Of a DNA stretch of 64,000 nt, positions 28,511-36,151 are shown piece after piece. Below the pieces are notes generated by a model, which was given only the letters and a program-made list of their open reading frames with translations, had not been told where the DNA came from and made no database searches. This stretch comes from an uncultured bacterium (GTDB lineage Bacteria > Omnitrophota > Omnitrophia > Omnitrophales > Abzuiibacteriaceae): contig CAYLXA010000006.1 of assembly GCA_964387845.1 (NCBI GenBank), forward strand, positions 32,001 through 96,000, read 5' to 3'. Numbering within the stretch: the first letter of the stretch is position 1; each line of letters begins with the position of its first letter. The position numbers and the translations under genes are program-made.

Positions 28511-29896
28511 ATGTTATCCAACCACCAGTCTTCCGAAAGGGATCTTTCCCAGAGATTTGGCAGAAATAAAACCAATGAAATTAGCCGTCTCATTTATGAA
28601 ATCGGGAGGCGGGAAGGGCTCGCATCGGATGAAGTCCTTAATCAAGCGCTTCAAGCCATCTCGCCGGCTGCGACTCTAGAATCTGTCGCCTTCGCTTCTC
28701 TTAAGAAAGCGCTTCTCAAACGCCGCTATCCCAGTTTTTCGGAAGAAGAGTTTTCCAAAATTTATTTTGCGCCGCTGCGTTTTCCGGAAAGTCGGGAAGA
28801 GGCCGATCCTCAAACAAACGATTTTCGGCCGGATGAAATTGTCATCGCACGGCATGCCAAAAATTTTCCACTCACGAAACGAATCACGAGTTTTTGGCCC
28901 GAAGTTCCCGTCCGCGAAATTGAATCGCTGGATGAGTTGCGAAGGCCCAAGAAAGAGTGGCTGGGCGATTTCGGTAAAAAGCGAATTGCGATTTCCAACG
29001 AACACTTTGATTTGGTCAAACCGTGCCCCTGTACGGCGAATGCCTGTTCCTGCAATTATCATGTCCTCAACATTGGCTACGGCTGCCCGTACGATTGCAC
29101 CTATTGCTATCTGCAGGATTATCAAAATCTGCCGGCCATTGTGCTGCCGGCTGACCTGGAACCATTTTTAAACCAAATGGGCTCAGTTCTGAAGCAAAAA
29201 CCGGGATTTTTTACACGTATCGGCACCGGCGAGTTTGCGGATTCTTTGGCACTCGATTGGCTGACGGAATATTCCAAAACCCTGGTTCCGTTTTTTAAAA
29301 ATAAGCCGGTCATTCTGGAGCTGAAAACCAAAAGCGATTGCGTAGAAAATCTGCTAGAACTTGATCACGGCGGCCGTACGGTGATTGCGTGGTCCGTCAA
29401 TCCCGAGCGCTTTTCTAAGGAAGAAAAAAGAACAGCGCCGGTTCATAAGCGCCTTGAAGCTGCGCAGCTTTGCGAAAAAGCCGGCTATGGAACGGCTTTC
29501 CATTTTGACCCGATCTTACAAGCTGCAAATTGGGAAGAAGATTATCAAGATTTGGTCCGCGATTTATTTAATCATGTAGGCATTTCGTTGCGTTGGATTA
29601 GTCTGGGAACGCTGCGGTTTCACAAAGACTTGCGCGGCGTCGCCGAATTCAGGCATCCGGACAGCGAAATTTTCTTAGGAGAGCAGCGTTTGGATGTTTC
29701 CGATCAGAAAATGCGGTATGCGGATGAAGCCAGAGTCTCTGTTTATCGGAAAATGATTTCTTGGATCAAGCAGTTCAACGAAAAAGTTCCGATTTATTTA
29801 TGTATGGAACCGCCCGAAATTTGGAAAACCGTCTTTGAGAGCAAGCCCTATCAGGGAAGGATTGACAGCTGGATTGCGCACGGTTCAGCGCGTTAA
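28511..29896 (+). CDS. radical SAM protein of the spore photoproduct lyase (SplB/COG1533)-like family, with a 150-aa N-terminal extension
   Basis: GYGCPYDCTYCYLQ (about nt 29089-29112) matches the SPL-type CxxxCxxCYLQ cluster. Confidence 0.6.
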   Translation: MLSNHQSSERDLSQRFGRNKTNEISRLIYEIGRREGLASDEVLNQALQAISPAATLESVAFASLKKALLKRRYPSFSEEEFSKIYFAPLRFPESREEADPQTNDFRPDEIVIARHAKNFPLTKRITSFWPEVPVREIESLDELRRPKKEWLGDFGKKRIAISNEHFDLVKPCPCTANACSCNYHVLNIGYGCPYDCTYCYLQDYQNLPAIVLPADLEPFLNQMGSVLKQKPGFFTRIGTGEFADSLALDWLTEYSKTLVPFFKNKPVILELKTKSDCVENLLELDHGGRTVIAWSVNPERFSKEEKRTAPVHKRLEAAQLCEKAGYGTAFHFDPILQAANWEEDYQDLVRDLFNHVGISLRWISLGTLRFHKDLRGVAEFRHPDSEIFLGEQRLDVSDQKMRYADEARVSVYRKMISWIKQFNEKVPIYLCMEPPEIWKTVFESKPYQGRIDSWIAHGSAR

Positions 29897-30489
29897 TTTT
29901 CCGGATTCTTCGGTTCCGGCTTTCCGAATTTCTGAATATCCGCTTCCTTCATTAAATTCTGCCACCAGCCCGAAAAAGCTTCCGCGGCTTTTGCGCGTTC
30001 TTCATCACTCATGGTTGAATCAATATTTTGATGCTGCTCGATGAGCTTCCGGATGCGGAGCGCGTCGCGGATTCTTTCTTCAAACAGGCGCGGAGATTCG
30101 CCGGCAACTCTCCCTACCCAAGCTTTGTAAAATTCGGGGTTGAATTGAGAGCCGTCAGCCGTAAAGAAGCGCTCAATTTCGGCGCGAACTTCCGCATCAG
30201 AAGCCGAAATTTGTTCTTGCTCGGCCTGATGCAGCAAGACAATATTCTGCCAAGCCGAAGCTTCCAATTGATCGATATCCGGCTTTTCGTCGGGGCTTCT
30301 TTGCGAAAAAAGTTCGGCGGATTTCAGGGCATCCTGGAATGTTTTGAACGAAACAGTCTTGCCGAATACTTTACCGACGCCTTTTGATTCTTCCTGAAGA
30401 CTCAGAAAGACATTTTCAATTCCCCAAAGCGCGAAGGAAATCACAATCAGCCAAATAATAAACGGAACTATCCGGCGCATTAGTTTCAT
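29893..30489 (-). CDS. hypothetical membrane-anchored periplasmic protein (SurA-N-terminal-like helical domain?)
   Basis: N-terminal TM (IVPFIIWLIVISFALWGI) followed by a helical, charged region. Family assignment is weak. Confidence 0.35.
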   Translation of the reverse strand: MKLMRRIVPFIIWLIVISFALWGIENVFLSLQEESKGVGKVFGKTVSFKTFQDALKSAELFSQRSPDEKPDIDQLEASAWQNIVLLHQAEQEQISASDAEVRAEIERFFTADGSQFNPEFYKAWVGRVAGESPRLFEERIRDALRIRKLIEQHQNIDSTMSDEERAKAAEAFSGWWQNLMKEADIQKFGKPEPKNPEN

Positions 30490-30637
30490 CTGTAAACTCC
30501 CCCAAATTTGAAGAGCGTACCATAGCTTCCGGGATCTGTAAAGGAAGCCATCCGTGTTTAAAGTTTATGATTCAATTTCCCGTATAATTCTGTAAAATAC
30601 GTTCTCGGCGTCTTCATTGGTCAAATACGGAGAAAAC

Positions 30638-31054
30638 ATGAAAAAAGCATACGCAGGGTTTACGATGATCGAAATTTTAATGGTAGTGATCATCATCGGT
30701 ATTTTGGTCTCATTAATCGCGCCGCGTCTTGCGGGCCGTTCCGAAGAAGCGCGCCGCCAGGCTGCAAAAGCCGATATCGAAGGCGGTCTTGCGCTCGCGC
30801 TCGACCTCTACGAAGCGGACAATGGAAAATATCCGAATGAATTGCAGGATTTGCTGAAGAAACCCGGCGACGCTATTAATTGGAAAGGCCCTTATCTGAA
30901 AAAAGGTATTCCGAAAGATCCGTGGGGAAATCCGTATGTGTATCGCTCGCCCGGCAGCTCTAACACGGATACTTACGATTTATCGTCTGCCGGACGTGAC
31001 CGGAAAGAAGGCACTGAGGACGACGTTTCTAATTGGGGAGACATTGAGATTTGA
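30638..31054 (+). CDS. gspG: type II secretion / type IV pilin-like major pseudopilin (GspG family)
   Basis: Prepilin leader and N-methylation motif MKKAYAG|FTMIEILMVVIIIGIL. GspG-specific region LDLYEADNGKYP...WKGPYLKKGIPKDPWGNPYVY. The start was placed at the ATG at 30638. Confidence 0.8.
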   Translation: MKKAYAGFTMIEILMVVIIIGILVSLIAPRLAGRSEEARRQAAKADIEGGLALALDLYEADNGKYPNELQDLLKKPGDAINWKGPYLKKGIPKDPWGNPYVYRSPGSSNTDTYDLSSAGRDRKEGTEDDVSNWGDIEI

Positions 31055-31386
31055 AGCTTTCAAAAATTTGCTCATGGATCGTTGTTTTCTCGATTTTCAT
31101 TTCATTTTCCGGATGTGTGCACAACAGAAAAACGCCCGTCATTTTAGACCACAAGCCGGAGCAGCCGTACGAAGTCATACAAACCGTTGAAACCGAGGTT
31201 GATTGGGGGGCGCTTCAATGGGTTTGGTTTTGGTGGCATTACATGCCGTGGTATTCATCTTCCAATAGTATCCATCGCGAAACCCTGATCAAGAAAGCCA
31301 AGAAGTTAGGCGCTGATGCCATCATCAATGTCAAATACCTTCCAAGACGAAGTGGTGCTACAGGCGATGCCATCCGCTTTAAGTGA
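31051..31386 (+). CDS. lipoprotein, possibly YdgH/BhsA/McbA-like (DUF1471-type) fold
   Basis: Lipobox FSGC after a signal peptide. C-terminal KKAKKLGADAIINVKY resembles the DUF1471 GADA motif. ATGA overlap with gspG. Confidence 0.45.
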   Translation: MKLSKICSWIVVFSIFISFSGCVHNRKTPVILDHKPEQPYEVIQTVETEVDWGALQWVWFWWHYMPWYSSSNSIHRETLIKKAKKLGADAIINVKYLPRRSGATGDAIRFK

Positions 31387-31559
31387 TTTTTAGCAGTTCA
31401 GTCACGCTCAAATTTTATAATCCTTTTTAAAAAATTTATCGCGTCTGGGTAGATTTTCATCTCGCCACAGTAGATAACCCTCAGTTTTTTCTTCTCCAAC
31501 ATTGATTTCAGCCGCTGCTTCGGGTATCTACGTTCTGTTGTCAAAATTCTATCGATGAG

Positions 31560-31835
31560 GTGATTGGCGTGAATGATAAAGGAGAATGTCACAGCAAGTT
31601 TACGTTTCAGGATGCGCTTTCGGACTATGCGGAGCTTTCTGGATTTCGTTTGTCTGAGAACCTGAAGAAGGATCTGACCACCCTATTTTACAGGCCCGAG
31701 CTTGAGATTGAAACGGTCTGTGCGGTGCAGTACGGAAAAAGCATTTGGCTGATTGGATCGAAAGAGGATTTGAGATGGTTTGAAGGCATTTTCTCAGTGG
31801 ACCCAAAAGTAAACCGGGTTACCCGGCTGGCGTAA
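31560..31835 (+). CDS. hypothetical small protein (91 aa)
   Basis: ORF only. No supporting motif. Confidence 0.2.
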   Translation: MIGVNDKGECHSKFTFQDALSDYAELSGFRLSENLKKDLTTLFYRPELEIETVCAVQYGKSIWLIGSKEDLRWFEGIFSVDPKVNRVTRLA

Positions 31836-32106
31836 CTTTTCAAATGAAATGCGGGAGGTGAAATGGAGTGGATTATTCCGACGAAGAACGCGATTGGTGG
31901 CTTGTTCAGCCCCGAGCATCCAGTCAAATGTGGTTTGAGGAGGGTGGTTTCAGGGCTTTTAGCCGCCTCTTTATCCAAAAACCGCTTGAGAGCGATCGCG
32001 GGGAAGCAGAATCAGGCTCAGACGGCAAGGTTTTCGATCGATAAACTTGGCTTTAAGAATCGCCGGGCTCAGGCCGATAATTTAAGCACCAAAAAAGGGG
32101 AGAGCC

Positions 32107-33552
32107 ATGAATTTCAAACACAAAAGCCAAGCTACCATTGCCGTTATTAGCATTGTTTCGCTGCTTATTCCTCATATCGCTTACGCAGTCGGTTCCTCCG
32201 GATTCGAAAACGCTTCTTACAGCGCCCGCTCGCTGGGACAGTCTAATGCGGTAGTGGCGCGTCCGCAGGATCCGGATACGGTTGTTTTTAATCCTGCAGG
32301 CATTCCCGACTTACCAGGTGTTCAGATTGGCGGCAATTTGGAAGCAATTCATGTTGTAACCTGGCATAAAAGCTCTGTTTCTCATAACACCGCAACAAGC
32401 ACAAGTCCTTTGGCCCTTGTCCCCACAGGTTACGCAACTTATAACTTAGGCGAGCGTTTTGATAACCGTGTCGGCGTCGGCTTGGGCTTTAATTTTCCAT
32501 TTGGCGTCAGCAACCGTTATCCGTCGCATTCTGAAATGGCGCGTTATGCTGGATATAAAAACAGTATCAAGTTAGGTGCGCTTACGATGGCAAGCGGCGT
32601 CAAATTACATGAGAAATTCAGTATTGGCGGCGGCGCTGTATATTATAAAGTGTTTCAATATGATCAATCGTTTAACTACCCCAATGGGGCAGTGATGACT
32701 CCTGCGACACCCGGCGCATTCCATGATGGGAAAGTCCAAACTTATCAACAAGGTGACGCATGGGGGTGGAATGCCGGTGCGCTTCTAAAACCAACGGAAC
32801 AGCACCAGATCGGCGTGTCTTATCGAAGTCAAGTGACTATACCTACCAACGGGCGGGCTGTTGTCACTGGATTAGAAGGAATCCCCGGAGTTGGTTCGGC
32901 GTGTACTTTACAAGGGTTTGACACCTGTCCTTACTGGGAAAGCGGAATTCATTCAGATATCCCGCTTCCGCAAAATATTACAGTCGGGTATGCTTATATT
33001 CCCTCAGAAAAATGGTCTGCCGAAATTGATTTGGGTTGGACGGGTTGGAGCGTTTTTGCTGATCAAGATGTTTCTGTGGATCGTCCTAATGCAGTTACGC
33101 AATCGCTTGGCAGAGTTCCAAGAAATTACCACAATACTTGGAGCGTCAACGCGGGCGGTCATTATAAAATGAACGAGAAAATAGATCTCCTTGGCGGCAT
33201 GTGGCTTTATTCGGCGGCTTCGCCAACTGAAAACTTTGATGCAGTTATTCCAGATTCCAATCGGCTTGGGTTATCGAGCGGGTTTACTTATTCACTGACA
33301 AAAAGCTTGGACATTACGACCATAGGGTTTGTGTCATTCTTTGAAAGGCGAAGCATATCTAACCGAGAATATTTTGCAAAGAATCGCGTCAGTCTTGATG
33401 GTGAGTACACCAGCATTTCTTATGGTTTAATGAGCGGTTTGACTTACCGGTTCGGTGAGGGCGCGGTAAAAGCTACGAATGAGCCGAAAGTGGCGAGTAC
33501 GCCGAAATTGGCGAGTTCTGCTATTGTGAGCCAGGCGGGGAACCTGGCTTAA
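32107..33552 (+). CDS. outer membrane transport protein of the FadL/OMPP1/TodX family (hydrophobic compound channel)
   Basis: Signal peptide. N-terminal family signature GSSGFENASYSARSLGQSNAVVARPQDPDTVVFNPAGI. Beta-strand periodicity throughout and a C-terminal aromatic terminus (...GLTYRF-like). Confidence 0.7.
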   Translation: MNFKHKSQATIAVISIVSLLIPHIAYAVGSSGFENASYSARSLGQSNAVVARPQDPDTVVFNPAGIPDLPGVQIGGNLEAIHVVTWHKSSVSHNTATSTSPLALVPTGYATYNLGERFDNRVGVGLGFNFPFGVSNRYPSHSEMARYAGYKNSIKLGALTMASGVKLHEKFSIGGGAVYYKVFQYDQSFNYPNGAVMTPATPGAFHDGKVQTYQQGDAWGWNAGALLKPTEQHQIGVSYRSQVTIPTNGRAVVTGLEGIPGVGSACTLQGFDTCPYWESGIHSDIPLPQNITVGYAYIPSEKWSAEIDLGWTGWSVFADQDVSVDRPNAVTQSLGRVPRNYHNTWSVNAGGHYKMNEKIDLLGGMWLYSAASPTENFDAVIPDSNRLGLSSGFTYSLTKSLDITTIGFVSFFERRSISNREYFAKNRVSLDGEYTSISYGLMSGLTYRFGEGAVKATNEPKVASTPKLASSAIVSQAGNLA

Positions 33553-33555
33553 AAG

Positions 33556-34359
33556 TCAATCCGTTAAACCCAGATCCAAACAGCGTTTCGAGACAAGCTC
33601 GCAGAATTCTTCAAGATCAAAAGGCTTTGAACCAAAAATCGTTCCCGGCGGGAACGATTTTTTGTCTTCCGGGCTAAGCGGTGTTGCGGACACCACGAAA
33701 ACTTGTTTTGGATTCCAGCCGTCAAGGCCTGCCAGCTTTTGATAGAGTTCATCGGCGCGCATGTGAGGCATTTTCCAGTCCAGCACCACAAAATCGGGCT
33801 CAAAAAATCCGGCCTTTTCGATTCCCTCAAGACCTGTTAAAGCATACTGAGCTTCAAATTTTGCTTTCGAGTAGGATGCCAAAAAATTAGAGACGACTTC
33901 GCAATACTCTGCTTCGTGATCGATGATTAGGATTTTGGCTTTTGGCTTCGTGACGGTTTCGGAAAACTCCGGCTCATAGGCGATGGTTTCCGTGATTTCG
34001 TCAATCACGCGGATTAATTCATCAGTGTCAGGCGGTTTTGAAAGCATGCGGTCAGCCCGAATGTTCCGCAGCTTCGGCTCAAATTGAGGAAGCTTGCCGG
34101 ACAAAATGATGACTTTCAAATTTGGCTGCTGCTCGCGAAGGAGTGAAAGCACCTGAATCCCGTCCAATCTGGGCATCTGAAGATCCAAAATAACCAAATC
34201 CACAACCAAATGCCGCGCCAAGCGAACGGCTTTCTCAGGGTTCGTTTCCGCAATTACGTCGAAGCAGCTTTCTTTCAGAAAGCTTGAAATGGCTTCGTTG
34301 ATGCCGGGATCATCGTCAATGAGGAGAATGAGTTTGCGCTTATGGTCCATGCTTTCCAT
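33556..34359 (-). CDS. response regulator with two tandem receiver (REC) domains and no output domain
   Basis: REC 1: LILLIDDDPGINEAI...VDLVILDLQMPRLDG...LKVIILSG. REC 2: KILIIDHEAEY...FVVLDWKMPHMRADEL. Confidence 0.75.
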   Translation of the reverse strand: MESMDHKRKLILLIDDDPGINEAISSFLKESCFDVIAETNPEKAVRLARHLVVDLVILDLQMPRLDGIQVLSLLREQQPNLKVIILSGKLPQFEPKLRNIRADRMLSKPPDTDELIRVIDEITETIAYEPEFSETVTKPKAKILIIDHEAEYCEVVSNFLASYSKAKFEAQYALTGLEGIEKAGFFEPDFVVLDWKMPHMRADELYQKLAGLDGWNPKQVFVVSATPLSPEDKKSFPPGTIFGSKPFDLEEFCELVSKRCLDLGLTD

Positions 34360-34575
34360 AAAGTTTACCTAAGTCCTTATCCTATAATATCTTAAAGAAT
34401 ATACAAGTATTATTTTCAAGAATTCTGACTTTCAAGATACAATATAGCATCCAAGACGCTCCAAATGGCTCCTTTACTAAGTTTTAGGATAAGTCGATAA
34501 TTATATGCCATGTGTTTATCACTATTAACCATGCCTCACGATAAGCGAGGGTTGTCGCAAACTGTTATCTAACTT

Positions 34576-36150
34576 ATGAGCCCCACAAAAGATAAATCAA
34601 TTCAAATTAAGCTTGAGCGTCCCATCCACGCATCCAAACGCCAGGCCTTTGCCAAATTGCTCCGGATGACCGATTTTCAGAATTTCATGCCGAACGTCAA
34701 AGAAAGTAAGCTCTTAGAACATTCCGGCAACACAGCGCTCATGAAGTGGCATATTGAAATCGAGGGCTTTCCCATCAAGTGGGCGGAGCGCAATACGATC
34801 AACCGGCACAAATTTACGATTCAATTCAAAGCCATTGACGGAGATTTGGCGCTTTTTGAAGGCAAGTGGTCTATCACGGATCACAGCATCGGTTCTCAGA
34901 TCAGTCTCACCGCAAAAATTCAAACCGGAATTCCGTTTCTGGAAAAATTGGTGGGCGGTATTTTGAGGGAAAAAATCATGCGAAATTTTGAAGCGATGCT
35001 GGCATTCTTGGAGTGTGAAATCCGGGAAGATTTTTACCGCGTCAATTTGCCGAAGAAAAATTTAAGCGGCTACGGCCTGATTGGGCATCCCTACAATTAT
35101 CAACACATGCTTCGCTATTTACAGTCGCTTAATCCGGGCATGAAGCTTCCGTCGCGTGAGTTTTTGGGCAAGCTCTTTGACATGACGCCGCCGCACAAGT
35201 CGTGCGATATCCGCCCGATCGAATCAGTGACGGGCCGGAAATCTTACGGTCATTTTATTGTATGCCCGATTATTCCGGAAATGCTCGATGTAAACATTGA
35301 AGCGGTTTTTAGTCGTGTTATTGAAGCAATCCGGGTTGCGGAGAACCATCGCTGCGGCATTGTAACGCTCGGCGGATTTACGTCTATTGCGGGCGAGCGT
35401 TTTGGGAAAGAAATTCCTAAGCTGGTTTCAGTACCGGTCACGACCGGCAACACATTTACGGCTGCCCTTGCGGTGGAGGGTGTCCTGAAGGGCTGCGAGA
35501 CGATGGGGATCGATCTTTCGGTCGCCAAATTAGTTGTCATCGGCGGCAGCGGTGATATCGGAAGTGCCTGCGCGCGCGTGTTAGCCGAAAAGGTCAGGCA
35601 TGTGACGCTTCTTGCACGCAATATCGAACGTCTTCGGGTTGAGCAGGGTTACATTGAACGGCTTGGGAAAGCGACGGTCGATATCGGTTCCGATGTCAAT
35701 ATGTCGATTGCGGATGCGGATATTGTAATTGCAGCAGCCAGCGCAACGCAGTCGTTTATGGATCCGAGCAATTTTAAGTCCGGTTCTGTTATTTGCGACA
35801 TCGGTTACCCAAAGAACATTGCTTATTTAGCAAAAGACCGGCGCGACCTTCTCATTTTTTCCGGCGGGCTTTGCTCGATTCCGTCTGATTTTCATTTAGA
35901 AGCGAAGTTTGACTACGGCTTGCCGACACGGCGCGTTTTGTACGGTTGCTTCGCGGAAGCGATCTTGCTTGATTTGGATAAAAAGTATGAAAGCTTTAGT
36001 TATGGAAAGGGAAATATTACAAAAGAAAAAATGACCGAAATCATGCAGATTGCACGCAGACATGGTTTGGGCCTTGCGCCGTTTTTTTGGGGCGACCGGC
36101 TGCTGGGCGAGCAAGAATTTGAAATGATTCGCGAAAGAGTCAAAAAATAA
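34576..36150 (+). CDS. fusion protein: N-terminal SRPBCC (START/Bet v1/polyketide-cyclase-like) ligand-binding domain plus C-terminal long-chain acyl-ACP reductase (AAR)-like NAD(P)-binding domain
   Basis: From about residue 165 the C-terminal domain matches cyanobacterial AAR block for block. The aligned blocks are GLIGH, LGGFTSI, TTGNT, VIGGSGDIGSACARVL (AAR: VVGATGDIGSAVCRWL), IGYPKN (GGYPKN), GCFAEAILLDLD (ACFAEAMLLEFE) and SYGKGNITKEKMTEIMQIARRHGL (SWGRNQITIEKMEAIGEASVRHGF). The first 160 aa form a Bet-v1-like alpha/beta pattern. Confidence 0.7.
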   Translation: MSPTKDKSIQIKLERPIHASKRQAFAKLLRMTDFQNFMPNVKESKLLEHSGNTALMKWHIEIEGFPIKWAERNTINRHKFTIQFKAIDGDLALFEGKWSITDHSIGSQISLTAKIQTGIPFLEKLVGGILREKIMRNFEAMLAFLECEIREDFYRVNLPKKNLSGYGLIGHPYNYQHMLRYLQSLNPGMKLPSREFLGKLFDMTPPHKSCDIRPIESVTGRKSYGHFIVCPIIPEMLDVNIEAVFSRVIEAIRVAENHRCGIVTLGGFTSIAGERFGKEIPKLVSVPVTTGNTFTAALAVEGVLKGCETMGIDLSVAKLVVIGGSGDIGSACARVLAEKVRHVTLLARNIERLRVEQGYIERLGKATVDIGSDVNMSIADADIVIAAASATQSFMDPSNFKSGSVICDIGYPKNIAYLAKDRRDLLIFSGGLCSIPSDFHLEAKFDYGLPTRRVLYGCFAEAILLDLDKKYESFSYGKGNITKEKMTEIMQIARRHGLGLAPFFWGDRLLGEQEFEMIRERVKK

Positions 36151-36151
36151 C

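Noticed and set aside
30638..31054. A type II secretion or type IV pilus locus
   Set aside because: Only a single pseudopilin gene is present. No secretin, ATPase, platform or minor pseudopilin genes are found nearby.
34576..36150. Possibility of a cyanobacterial-type alkane (AAR plus aldehyde-deformylating oxygenase) operon
   Set aside because: No ferritin-like di-iron aldehyde-deformylating-oxygenase-type ORF is adjacent or elsewhere in the window. The AAR-like domain is fused to an SRPBCC domain and embedded in a signalling cluster.
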